From assembly GCA_951406725.2 (NCBI GenBank), contig OX597822.1, forward strand, positions 91,574,001-91,638,000: 64,000 nucleotides of DNA. The letters run 5' to 3'. Position 1 is the stretch's first letter. The number at the start of each line of letters is the position of its first letter. The position numbers and the translations under genes are program-made. A model generated the notes under the pieces. The model was given only the letters and a program-made list of their open reading frames with translations, was not told the DNA's origin and did no database searches. This document shows, piece after piece, positions 1-12,151 of the stretch. The DNA comes from Octopus vulgaris (Eukaryota).

Positions 1-1055
1 CTGACGACCTTGTTCTTATAGCTGAGTCACTACCTGACCTAGAGAAGGAATTTCAGGTGTGGAAGTAGGGCCTGGAATCTAAAGGCCTTAGAGTTAACTT
101 AGCAAAAACCAAAGTCCTCACAAGTAGGAAAACAGACGAATTGCAAGTCCATCCAGGGAGATGGCCTGGCTCAGTATGTAAGAAGGGTGTTTGTAGAAAC
201 TCCATACCTTGTACCCAGTGCAAGCTTTGGACACATAAAAGGTGTAGCAGTATCACAAGAAAGTTAACAGAGAAAATAGTCTTTGTGTGGGGCAAATGTG
301 TGGGTACAATAAGCATAAAAAATGTGCAGACAATAGACTCCCTCAAATGCTCAGAGAGATCCTTAAAAGTAGTAGATAGCTTCTGTTAATTAGGCAATCA
401 AGATAGCAGTGGAAGAGGAAGTTCTGAAAGCATAGTTGCTAGAATAAGAATGGGTTGGGCAAAGTTCAGAGAGCTTCTACCATTGTTGGTAACTAAAGGC
501 CTCTCCCTCAGAGTGAAAGGCAGATTGTATGATGCCTGTGTATGTACAGCTATGCTAGCTGGTAGTGAACATGGGCTTTGACTTCAGATGACCTGCAAAG
601 GCTTGAAAGAAATGAAGCTAGCATGCTCTGCTGGATGGGTAATGTCAGTGTGTATGCATGACAGTGTGTAAATGATCTAAGAGGAAAACTGGGTATAAGA
701 GGCATCAGATGTTGTGTGCAAGAGAGAAGAATGCACTGCTTTGGTCATGTGATGCATAAGGATGAGGATAGCTGCATAAAGAAATGCTGAGCTCTAATTG
801 AGAAGGGAACTTGTGGAAGGGGTAGACCCAGGAAGATATGGGATGAAATGGTGAGGAAAGATCTTCAGGTGCTGGAACTCACTGGGTAAATGACAAGGGA
901 CTGGGAGTTGTGATTACTTGTACTTGAGAAGACACATCAAGCTAAGTAAAATCACTGTGATCCATATACACAGGTGTGTCCTTTGCAGGTGCCAGTACCA
1001 CATAAAATGTACTTATGCCAGTGTTGCATAAATGCACCTGTCCCAGTGGCACCTA
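1..1055 (+). mobile_element. Decayed RTE-clade LINE, RT C-terminal part and start of 3' UTR
   Basis: Starts at (Y)ADDL. Same protein as the copy at 1515-3365 (WPxSVCKKGV..CTQCKLWTHKRC, RGRPRK) but with stops and frameshifts. Confidence 0.9.
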
Positions 1056-1184
1056 TAAATAATTTTTTTGTCATTTTTCTAAGTTGTTATGCCTATCAAT
1101 ATTTATTCACTTCAACTGTTTATATCTCTGTCAGTAAGAAAAGACAAAAACTATACTTTGTTGAGAAAGTCTAATAGACTGAAA

Positions 1185-1360
1185 CAATGGTTCCCAAACT
1201 ATGAGTCGCGACCCACAGATGGGTCGCAAAAAGTTATAAAATTACGCATTAGCTTTGATTAACTGCTGTCTATCGAGATAGTTCAGTAGAGTTAAGTGGG
1301 TCGTCATAAACTGGTGTGATAAATAGTGGGTCGCGACTCTAAAAAGTTTGGGAACCACTG
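1185..1360. mobile_element. hAT-type MITE
   Basis: TIRs CAATGGTTCCCAAACT / AGTTTGGGAACCACTG. Exact 8-bp TSD GACTGAAA at 1177-1184 and 1361-1368. Confidence 0.92.
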
Positions 1361-1514
1361 GACTGAAACATGTTTGGAGTCATGCCTATCCTGACAGAAA
1401 TCAGATTCATTGCATTTCAAATTTGGGGGTTTTAATTAATGAAAATTTTAGATTGTTTTCCCTATTTAGTTTTTTTTAGCAGAAATAATTATAAAGTTAA
1501 TGGTTATTTTTTTC

Positions 1515-3365
1515 CCCCCTCCTATTTATCATAGTACTCCAGGCAATTACGGAGGAATTCAAGACAGGCTGTCCCTGGGAGCTCCTCTACGCTGACGACC
1601 TTGCTCTTATTGCTGAGTCACTATCAGAACTGGAGGAGAAGTTCCAGGTGTGGAAGGAGGGTTTAGAATCAAGGGGCCTTAGAGTCAACCTAGCTAAAAC
1701 CAAAGTACTAATAAGTAGAAAGGTAGACAATCCACAAATATCTTCAGGAAGATGGCCCTGCTCGATCTGTAGAAAAGGTGTAGGTAGAAACTCTATAAGA
1801 TGTACCCAGTGTAAGCTATGGACACATAAGAGGTGCAGCAATGTCAAAGGTAGGCTAACTGGGAAGATAGTTTTTGTATGTGGTAGATGCTCGGGAGCAT
1901 TAACCTCCGAAAATCTGCAGAAAACAACTTCCGTCACTTTCCAGGGGGAAAAACTAGAAGTAGTTGATAGCTTCCGTTATCTAGGTGACCAAGTCAGTAG
2001 TGGGGGTGGGTGCGCTGAAAGTGTAACTGCTAGAATAAGAATATATATGGGCAAAGTTTAGGGAGCTCTTACCTCTGCTGGTGACTAAAGGCCTCTCGCT
2101 CAGAGTAAAAGGCAGACTGTATGATGCGTGTGTACGAACAGCCATGCTACATGGCAGCGAAACATGGGCCGTGACTGCTGAGGACATGCGTAAGCTCGTG
2201 AGGAATGAAGCCAGTATGCTCCGATGGATGTGTAATGTCAGTGTACATACTCGACAGAGCGTTAGCACCTTGAGAGAAATGTTGTACCTAAGAAGCATCA
2301 GTTGTGGTGTGCAAGAGAGACGATTGCGCTGGTATGGTCATGTGGCGAGAATGGATGAAGATAGGTGTGTGAGAAAGTGCCAATCCCTAGCAGTTGAGGG
2401 AACCCGTGGAAGAGGTAGACCCAGGAAAACCTGGGACGAGGTGGTGAAGCACGACCTTCGAACTTTAGGCCTCACTGAGGAAATGACCAGAGACCGAGAC
2501 CTTTGGAAATATTCTGTACGTGAGAAGACCAGGCAGGACAAGTGAGCCCAGCCCACTTATGAATGCCTTTCCTCCCTTGGACACAAAGACCGGTTGAGGC
2601 AAGCGAAGTCGATATAGAACCTCATCCGACGACAGACACCCATGCCAACCCCCCATGCTTGCGAAGACATGTTGGGGCAAGCGAAATCGAAACCGAATTG
2701 AACCAGCCAGGATCCCTGGCCTGGTGGTACGTAAAAAGCACTATCCGACTCGTGGCCGTGGCACGTAAAATACTCCAATGCGACCGTACGACAGGCACCC
2801 ATGCCAACCCCCTTTGCTTGTGAAGACATGTTGGGGCAAGCGAAATCGAAATCGAATTGAACCAGCCAGGATCCCTGGTCTGATGGTACGTAAAAAGCAC
2901 TATCCGACTCGTGGCCGTGGCACGTAAAATACTCCAATGCGACCGTACGACAGGCACCCTTGCCAACCCCCTTTGCTTGTGAAGACATGTTGGGGCAAGC
3001 GAAATCGAAATCGAATTGAACCAGCCAGGATCCCTGGTCTGGTGGTACGTAAAAAGCACTATCCGACTCGTGGCCGATGCCAGCACCGCCTCGACTGGCT
3101 TTCGTGCCGGTGGCACATAAAACACACCAATCTGACCGTGGCCGTTGCCAGCCCCGCCTGGCACCTGTGCAGGTGGCACGTAAAAAGCACCCACTACACT
3201 CACGGAGTGGTTGGCGTTAGGAAGGGCATCCAGCTGTAGAAACATTGCCAAATTAGACTGGAGCCTGGTGCAGCCTTCTGGCTTCCCAGAACCCCGGTCG
3301 AACCGTCCAACCCATGCTAGCATGGAGAACGGACGTTAAACGACGATGATGATGATGATGATGAT
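1515..3365 (+). mobile_element. Young 5'-truncated RTE LINE (RT C-terminal half, 3' UTR, (GAT)n tail)
   Basis: PLLFIIV..WELLYADDL..KTK..FRYLG..MLHGSETW..RLRWYGHV..RGRGRPRKTW. One frameshift near 2043 (ATATATATGG), stop at 2545, long 3' UTR, (GAT)n tail. Confidence 0.95.
2632..3077 (+). repeat. 159-bp tandem repeat (~2.8 copies) in the RTE 3' UTR
   Basis: CACCC(A/T)TGCCAACCCCC recurs at 2637, 2796 and 2955 (period 159). Confidence 0.9.
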
Positions 3366-3491
3366 TATGAAGTGTACTTTTAATTAATTGAAATGTTTTG
3401 GCTTACTCCATTAAGTACATTAGCTCTGACTTTTATTTGTATGGTTATACAGAACAGAAGCAGCAGTTAAGCTTTGTAAAAGAGAACAAGT

Positions 3492-3630
3492 GGAGGCATA
3501 ATTGCATGGTTAAATAGTTTGTTTCTCAACCATAGCATCTTTGGCAAATGTCTTCTACTATAGTATAACCTTGGGCTGACCAAAGGCTGTGAGTGGATAT
3601 GGTAGACAGAAACTGAAAGAAGCTCATATG
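3492..3630 (+). mobile_element. Partial tRNA-derived octopus-type SINE (5' half)
   Basis: GGCAAATGTCTTCTACTATAG...GTGAGTGGAT..GGTAGACAGAAACTGAAAGAAGC matches the fuller copies at 52784 and 59892. Confidence 0.75.
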
Positions 3631-3701
3631 CATATGCGTGTGTATATGTATATTGTACATACACAGGCATATATACATATATATACACATACACATATAT
3701 A

Positions 3702-3737
<36 letters not shown>

Positions 3738-3742
3738 CAGTG

Positions 3743-3799
<57 letters not shown>

Positions 3800-3900
3800 G
3801 TACATATATACATACATATATATATATATATATATACATACATATATATATATATATATAAGGGAGAATTCACAATATATATATGTGTGTGTATATATAC

Positions 3901-3950
<50 letters not shown>

Positions 3951-3968
3951 TATATAATACACACACAC

Positions 3969-3999
<31 letters not shown>

Positions 4000-4006
4000 C
4001 ACATAT
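3630..4006. repeat. (TA)n/(CA)n compound microsatellite
   Basis: Seen directly. It generates the YIYIYI ORFs. Confidence 0.97.
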
Positions 4007-4338
4007 AGGGAGAATTCACAAAAAAACAAAAGACGAAGACAGGTGGTGTCGACAACAAACAGATGTATTAGTATAATGCTTGGGAAGTGAAAAATTCTTC
4101 AACATTTCGAGCCTATGCTCTTCCACAGAAAAAAACAAGGAGAGAAAATAAAGAATGTGCAGTGGTTAGCGATATATCATGGTGAATGCCAGACAGAAGG
4201 AGCACACAGGAGAGCTAAGGAGAAGTGGGGATAATAAAGTAGTGGTGATCCCAAAATGAAGGTGTGCGTGCGTGTGTATAAGAGAGTTTGTATGTGCGTG
4301 TGGAAGAGGGCTGGTGATCTTGACATGTGTGTGTGTGT
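4007..4338 (-). mobile_element. Probable Penelope-like element terminus
   Basis: Abuts (TA)n. The minus strand has a hammerhead-like CTGTGGAA-GAGC-ATAG-GCTC-GAAA at ~4100-4130. The family assignment is inference. Confidence 0.45.
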
Positions 4339-4703
4339 GGAGGCACAATGGCTCAGTGGTTAGGGCAGTGGACTTGCGGTCATAGGATCACAGTTTCAAT
4401 TCCCAGACCGGGTGTTGTGAGTGTTTATTGAGAGCGAAAACACCTAAAGCTCCATGAATCTCCAGTACAGGGTGATGGAAAACCCTGCTGTACTCTTTCT
4501 CCACAAATTTCTCTCACTCTTTTTTTCTGTTTCTATTGTACCTGTATTTCAAAGGGCCAGCCTTGTCACACTCTGTGTTATGCTGAATCTCTTTGAGAAC
4601 TACACTAAGAGTACACATGTCTGTGGAGTGTTCATCCACTTGCACATTAATTTCACAAGCAGGTTGTTCCATTGATTGGATCAACTGGAACCTTTGTCAT
4701 CAT
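4339..4703 (+). mobile_element. tRNA-derived SINE (second family)
   Basis: A-box TGGCTCAGTGG and B-box-like GTTTCAATTCC, followed by a non-tRNA body. Confidence 0.75.
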
Positions 4704-4727
4704 ACTAAAACACAATTCTTTTTATGT

Positions 4728-4878
4728 GCTGGTGCAACATAAAAAACACCCTGTACACTCTGTAAAGTGGTTGGCATTAGGAAGGGCACCCAACTGTAGA
4801 AAACATGCCAAAACAGATGACTGTTAAACTATCCAACCCATGCCAGCATGGAAAATATATGTTAAAAGATGATGACAA
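4728..4878 (+). mobile_element. RTE LINE 3' tail fragment
   Basis: GGTTGGCATTAGGAAGGGC...CCAACCCATGCCAGCATGGAAA..GATGATG matches the 3' end of the 1515-3365 copy. Confidence 0.8.
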
Positions 4879-6105
4879 TACACACACAACCACATATACA
4901 CACACCTACACACACAAGTATTTGTGTGTTGTTGACATTTGCATTATAGTGAAAATCCCTTAGCTATGGACAGTCAGGTTGCTGACCTTTTCCTTGTCAA
5001 TGATCATCTCCTGGCCTTGCATCTGCATTGATGTGTACAATAAGATATCACTTACTTGAAAAAAAGAAGTTAATGACAGGAAGGACATCTAACCACAAAA
5101 CAATATCTCAATAATATATTAGTCTAAACTGTGCTAGTATGGAAAAATAGATGTAAAAATGAATAAATGAATCACTAGATGTCACTAATCTTTTTGAAAT
5201 ATTATACAAAGTTCACATACAGAGCACTTATTTACCAATTCCAGCATCCAACACTATTATTCCTTTTTGATTTTTCCATGTGATCCATAAAAGCAATTTC
5301 CTCATTTGAATAATTCACATTTACACTTTTGAAAGCTTCTTGTGGACCTTAGATTTAAGTACATTCATAGTTACACAGTTTGAATAACACAGAACCTGAA
5401 TACATCAAGAAGTAATTGAAGTATTGATACTGGAAGCTGAGCCATATTGCTGTTGGGAGGAGTCATCTCCTTGTCAATTGTTTGGCAGAGTTTTGGAATA
5501 AGCAGCCATCTTCACATAAGTTATATATTTATCTTTTAAGTAAATAAAAAATCATGATCTTTAGGTTTTAAACATAAGAGATTACGATTTTTAGAAAGTT
5601 TATTTTTACAAAAAACTTTTCCTCTTTGTATTGTAGTGGGCATGTGAAAGCAGTGGTGTGGGTGAACAAATATTTAGATCAGTTCAAATATGTATGTAAC
5701 ATATTTGATCAGTATTCACAGCAAGTTTTCCTGTGGAAAACTTTTCTCATTTTAGGCAATAGGTGTTGAATAACACCAACAGTCATTTCAAGTTATCCTC
5801 TAGGAGAAGTGGTAAATGCCACATTTCTAGCTTCTTGATTTTCATCAGCACTGTGCACTAATGATAAGAGAGACAACACTGAAATGGTTTTGGAAACATT
5901 GATTTCCTTATAGTGTATGAAAACATGGGTAAATCCCATGAGACACTGGCACCAGCTAAACAAATATTGTAGTGGGCATGTGAAAGCAGTGTTGCTAGTA
6001 AACAAACATTTAGATCAGTTAAAATTTGTTTGGGACAATTTGGGGTCGTCTCTCTTGTGGTACACAATGTTGATGATAACCAAGAATCTAGAAATAAGGC
6101 ATTAA

Positions 6106-6327
6106 CCCTTTTGATACCAACCCAGCCAAAACTGCCTCTGGCTCTGTAGTACAAATGTCTTGTTTTCATAAGTTTTAAATTAAAATCTTCCACCAAACCT
6201 TAGTCACAATTTATGTTCCCAATACTAGCTTAATGATAACTAAGTTCTTTTACTAAATTCTTTGTTATATTTAAAATAAATTGAATAAAACACAGAGCAT
6301 CTCAAAATAAATACGGTAACAAAAGGG
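6106..6327. mobile_element. piggyBac-type MITE
   Basis: TTAA TSDs at 6102-6105 and 6328-6331. TIRs CCCTTTTGATACC / GGTAACAAAAGGG. Confidence 0.9.
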
Positions 6328-6722
6328 TTAATCACTTCTATTGCAGGGCACCTTGAAATAACTGTTGGTGTTTTTCAATATTTATTGCCTTAAGCAAAAA
6401 AAGGTTCTTCATGACAAAATCAGAAGTAGATAAGGCCTTTATACAAGTAAAATATATCCCAAACATATTTGAACTTATCTAAATCTTAATCTTCATGTTC
6501 AATATCATCAACTTTTCTGTTTCACAGTACACAAGTGACTATGATAGATCATGATGTCTTCATGTAACTTTCTACTGCATTTCTTTTTTGAAAAATTACC
6601 TTCAAATATTTATGTTTTAAATACCAGAGAATTAGAATCTACGAAAAATGCAAAATAAGCAAACAAAATACAGAAGTATGTATTCAATAAGGAAAGCATT
6701 GGCACCCTTGCATCGTGTGTGT

Positions 6723-6762
<40 letters not shown>

Positions 6763-6764
<2 letters not shown>

Positions 6765-6970
6765 TCTTTTATTTCTTTCAGTCCTTTGACTGCAGCACTG
6801 CTTCGAAGGGCTTTAGTCAAACAGATTGACCACAGGGCTAATTCTTTAAGCCTAGCACTTATTCCATCGGTCTGTTTTGCCAAACTGCTAAGTTACGAGG
6901 ACGTAAACACACCAACACCTGTTGTCAAGTGGTGATGGGGGTACAAACACAAACACAAAGACACAAACAT
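6763..6970 (-). mobile_element. SINE 3' half
   Basis: Reverse complement of the 3' part of the 52784/59892 SINE family. Confidence 0.8.
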
Positions 6971-6992
6971 AAATATATACATACATATACAC

Positions 6993-7047
<55 letters not shown>

Positions 7048-7052
<5 letters not shown>

Positions 7053-7352
7053 TAGAGAAAAACCACTATTATGCAATTCAAACAATGATAGACATAAACC
7101 AAATCATAAATAAAAAATAAAATATATTTTTCAAAACATATAACTAGATCACAAAAAGTATAAAAATGAATAATCAATATATAATATATATATTATTTAC
7201 TTATTATATATTACTTATTATATATTGATTAGTCTTTTTATACTTTTTGTGATCTAGTTATATGTTTTTTAAAATATATTTTATTTTTTATTTATGATTT
7301 GGTTTATGTCTATCATTGTTTAAATTGCATAATAGTGGTTTTTCTCTAATTT
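7048..7352. repeat. Fold-back (palindromic) element adjoining (TA)n
   Basis: AATTAGAGAAAAACCACTATTATGCAATT... is mirrored by ...AATTGCATAATAGTGGTTTTTCTCTAATT, with ~140-bp arms. Confidence 0.9.
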
Positions 7353-7353
7353 A

Positions 7354-7993
7354 TCTATATATATAAAACTGAGAATGTCTGTCTGTGTGAATCCCTAAAA
7401 CTTGAGAACGACACAACCAATTTCATTCAAATTTTACATATAATGCATCTTATGGCTGTGCCTGTCACCTGTATGGAGAGGAATCCAACATTGGGAGTGG
7501 TAACGACAAGGGTAGGGTAACTGACTGCTTATTGTGATCATTTGTCTTTTAGTTTCCTGTAGCTTTGCTCTCTTTTACAAACCCAGTGAACATATATTTT
7601 CTATTTCAAAGAAATTCAAACAATAGATATAAGACCCAAGTTAAAAAGATTCTCAACAATTCAACTTCTCTGGTTGACATTAAGATGCCCACCCCCAACA
7701 GGGGCCTTAACTCTCATATTTTAGAACTCCATGACCTTCATTTTTCAGGAGTAAAATCCTTTTAACAGGAATTTATGACTGGAATTTTGGAATATGCGCA
7801 TAAAAATCAGTAGTATGGGATACATGTGGCATGATTACAATTTTTTTAGGATGTGTAAAGAGGGAAATAACCCTCATCTGCAATTTTGATGAAATTCGAA
7901 ACATAGGTATTCCTGTTCATTACAAAAAATATAACAGAAACGTCTAATTCTTCAATTGCATGTAACACGGGCAATGCCAGGTATCTCTGCTAG
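7354..7993 (+). mobile_element. Non-autonomous Helitron
   Basis: Starts A|TCTATATATATAAAA and ends with hairpin-like CACGGGCAATGCCAGG then CTAG|T. No TSD. Confidence 0.85.
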
Positions 7994-8469
7994 TATATTA
8001 TATATTTATATTGTGAAATGTGATTTAATACTAAACTGAATTTTCCCCTAATATTATATATATATATATACACACACATATACAACAGGCTTCCTTCAGT
8101 TTCCATCTACCAAATACACTCACAAGGCTTTGTGGATTTGGTAGATGGAAACTGAAAGAAACCCATTGTATATATGTGTATATATGATAATAATAATAAT
8201 AATAGGGAGTATAACTCCAAAATTACAGGGAAAAATTCAATTTAGTATTAAATCAAATTTCACAATATAAATATATAAACTTAGATAAAACTTAGATATG
8301 TTTCGACCAGAGATTGGTCCAGGCCATGTCTAACTTAATGTATCCAATTATGGGTGGCTTGTCTGGTATTCTTTGAAGGAATCTATCCAGAATCTGTTTG
8401 AAGTTGATAATTTGATTTAATACTAAATTGAATTTTTCCCTGTAATTTTGGAGTTATACTCCCTAATAT

Positions 8470-9884
8470 AAATCAGAGATAAAACCACTATTATGCAATT
8501 CAAACAATGATAGACATAAACCAAAATATAAATAACTAGATCACAAAAAGTATAAAAATGAATTATCAATATATAAGTAAAAAAAAACTATGTAAGTAAA
8601 TAATATATAATATATATATTGTTTACTTATTATATATTACTGTATATTGATTATTAAGTTTATTAATTAGTGGTTTTAATATAGATACTGATTGAATTAG
8701 TACTGAGTTTATATAGAAGTGTCTAAAATTTGTTTTGCCTAAATAAAGGTTTGGCTCCAACGTAACCATATTTATATATATGAAATAAATAAATTTGTAT
8801 AAGATTATTAGAGAATATACAGTAAATAGTAGTTATAGAAATTATTTTAATTTATGGAGATTTGAGTATAATTTATCGTTGTTAATTCTAAATTTTAGTT
8901 TTCTAGTGAAAGATATTATAGTGTATAGTGATTCTATTCTTTATTAGTGACTTTATTCTCTTTATCTGTTAAAGCTAAAATATATTCGTAGTTTTCATTG
9001 ATAAATTGTATATTTCCATCTGTTTGTTCTATTTCTGTAAGCAACATAATTCCACAAGTATTTGTAAACGCTTAATAAGATGTTTTCCGTTTTGAAATTT
9101 TTTAGTTAATGACATGCTTTTTGAGAGATAAGTAAACTTTTTTATTTAAGAAATATTATTGTACTCTGTATAAGTATTGATTGTTAAATATGAATTTATA
9201 ATTTTAATTTGTTAATGATAATTTAGATATGTACATATATTTAATTATTATTAGTTTATAATTATTATATCTGAACATAAATTTAAAGATATTAGTTAGT
9301 CACTTTGTGATCTAGATCATAAAAATGTTTTTAATAATAGTAATAAGTATTTTATAAAGATAGTTTATACATTTTTAATTTGGAATTTTTCAATTCTTAA
9401 ATTGTATTTCATAAATATTTTCTACAGATATCTGTATATATATAAAAGGCAAGATGTGTGTGTATGTGTACATGAACGTAATTTATGCACGTCCACAAAT
9501 TAGCACACATGTCGCTCCAATTTTAGGAGGACATTCGTCACAATCCTAGCTGTATTTTCGTCAAATTATTTTCCCCCGAGGCACCAGCGAATAGCGGTAA
9601 AAATATATTTTCAACCATAACTTAACAATTTTCATGGTGGAGAAATCAGCCATTGTTTACAAACATGTGTTAAGTCCCCTTCTAGCGATGGTGTAAAGAG
9701 AAGAAGGGAGAAGGAGAGAGATAACAGATTTTTAAAATTTTGTCTTTTTACTGAGTGATTGACAGGCAAAAACAGACAGACAGGTGTTGTTATGTATGTA
9801 TGTATGCATGTGTGAATGACTTCAGTCACACACACACACGAGCATGTATGCGTACAAAACACGTATTCAATGTGTGTGTTGCCC

Positions 9885-9915
<31 letters not shown>

Positions 9916-11355
9916 CACAATATAAATGATATTCTCTGTTTCTCCACAACTAATTTCCAAATTAGCCGAATCCGTTGCTCTACTCATAGCGATATATAGC
10001 TGGTCGTGCGTGAACATGGGAGAGAGCAGCGGTTACCAGAGCAAAAGACTTATGTGTTGACTGTAGACATGCTCCTTTGCAAACGATCAGCTATTATTTT
10101 GTAAACAATGTTTCGAAACTTCATGTTTTCGAAAGGAGAGATCTGACTCTCACATCTCTGTGGGAGAAGGTAGGTCTCTCTATTCCACTTACAAAACTTA
10201 CGTCTGGGTGTTTACAAATTTGCATTTTGTAAACAATGTTTTGAAACTGTCCATCTTTTCGAAAGGAGAGATCTGACTCTGTTCAACCATAACATCTACC
10301 AATTTTGATGTATTTTGTTCAAACTTGATGTCAGCATTACTTAGGACTCATGGGATCTTTGGATACTTTAAGTTCTCCAAAAACGAAAAAAAGAAAAACA
10401 GTCGATGAGTGGAAAAAATCGATAAACTGATTCCTTATGGGATTTCCCAATCAAATTGTCTGCAAAATTTCAACCAAAAGTTTACCAATTTCAACGGATT
10501 TCACTCAAATTTGACGTTGATGTTACTTAGTTTGCTTTGAAATAAAGAGCTTGATTATCTTAATAATCCTAACTTAATCCTGAACAAAGCTGGGCTATAC
10601 TGCTAGTCTATAATATCTATGTAAGTAATAATGGACTAATTTATTTATTGGTTATATGTTTATATGTTTATTGATAGAAAAAAATATAGATTTTTAATTA
10701 CTATATTTGTTGATTATAATTTAGATACTTATTTTTATGTATCTATTATTTTATAATTATTATATGCAAACTAAAATGTAAAAATATTAATAGTGATTGT
10801 TTTGTTAAATAGTTTGGTAATTAAATATTAGAGTATAACTAGGTTAAAGATATTCTATAGTTTATTAATGTATTTTTAAGCTAAATTATATCTTCACAGA
10901 TAAATATATTTTTCTATCTATTTACTCAAATTTTTTCCTTAAATATTTAACATAATAATTGTATTGTAGGAAACTGATCCTAATGTTTTAAGTTTCAAAT
11001 TTAGTTAATGGAGTTTCTTCTATAAGAAAAATTATTTTATTTATTTATTTTTTTGATAAATATTGTTTAACTCTATTTTATTATTTATTTAACTATTATT
11101 GTTAACCTGAAGATTGACTATAATTTTAAATTGAATTCATTTCAATTAAATTTGAATTTAATTGTAATTTGAATTTAATTATAGCCATGAAACATACATA
11201 ATTTTTTTTACTTATTATATATTGATTATTTATTTTTCTACTTTTTGTGATCTAGTTATATGTTTTATAAAAATATATTCTATTTGTTATTTATGTTTTG
11301 GTTTATGTCTATCGTTGTTTGAATTGCATAATAGTGGGTTTATCTCTAATTTATA
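8470..11355. mobile_element. Highly AT-rich decayed element bounded by inverted arms (probably Penelope-like), interrupted by a Helitron
   Basis: Arm 8470-8600 is the reverse complement of arm ~11210-11355 and belongs to the same family as 7048-7352. Hammerhead-like CTGAAGA...GAAA at 11107-11192. Confidence 0.6.
9431..10606 (+). mobile_element. Non-autonomous Helitron with an antisense helicase remnant
   Basis: A|TC start; 3' end CCTGAACAAAGCTGGG..CTAG|T. The minus strand at ~9920-10020 reads FTHDQLYIAMSRA, matching the Pif1-type FSHGQLYVAxSR motif. Confidence 0.85.
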
Positions 11356-11391
11356 TTTTATGTATGTATGTATATATATATATATATATAT

Positions 11392-11784
11392 AGTTAGAAA
11401 ACAAAGAGATCTAATGGATACAATCGATTTATTAATTAATCAACATATTTACCAATGATTGTTTCATTTCTCAAATAAGATTAAAATTACAGAACATATA
11501 TAAAAATATACTTTTGCATTTTAAATACCTTATAAGGAAAATTATGAAGGTTTTCAGAGGGCTATGTGCACAATAAAGATGTTTATATATTCTGTATATT
11601 CCAAAACTACTCTAATGTAATCCTTATTGTTCTCTGAAAACCTTGATGATTTTCCTTATTAGGTATTTAAAATGCAAAAGTAAATTTTAATATATGTTTT
11701 GTAATTTTAATCTTATTTGAAAAATTTATGTGTTGATTAATTAATAAATTTATTTGTATCCATTAGATCTCTTTGCTTTCTAAC
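11392..11784. repeat. Fold-back element adjoining (TA)n
   Basis: AGTTAGAAAACAAAGAGATCTAATGGATACAA... is mirrored by ...TTGTATCCATTAGATCTCTTTGCTTTCTAACT, with ~170-bp arms. Confidence 0.88.
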
Positions 11785-11911
11785 TGAATAAAAGTGTCTG
11801 ATATCTTATGATATTCTATGTAATATATTAATTCTCTTCAAAATTTGATATATTAAACCAGTGTATCTTGGATAAAAATCCCTACAAGAGCTTTGAATAT
11901 CCTTATTGTGA

Positions 11912-11967
<56 letters not shown>

Positions 11968-12094
11968 TGCCTTCCAATTGCTGTTTTTACTGAGATCTCC
12001 CTTTTTAGTAGAAGAAATAGCTATAACTCTTTGACTGCTATTTCTAAATTCGGTATGTGGTAAGGCAATTCGTTGCTAAACCCTTTATTGCTTA

Positions 12095-12151
<57 letters not shown>

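Noticed and set aside
2622-3323. 233-aa minus-strand ORF with internal repeats
   Set aside because: It is the antisense of the RTE 3' UTR, open because the 159-bp unit is a multiple of 3.
3467-4090. Long YIYIYI/VCVC/HTHT ORFs here and at ~6900, 12000-13700, 30800-31300, 50300, 52900 and 60700
   Set aside because: They are translations of (TA)n, (CA)n and (CAT)n microsatellites, not genes.
4339-4415. tRNA genes (also the heads at 24452, 31438, 52784 and 59892)
   Set aside because: A/B boxes are present, but there is no convincing cloverleaf and each continues into a SINE body.
5236-5347. Possible next host exon after exon F
   Set aside because: Weak acceptor, a stop in the required phase-2 frame, and no family similarity.
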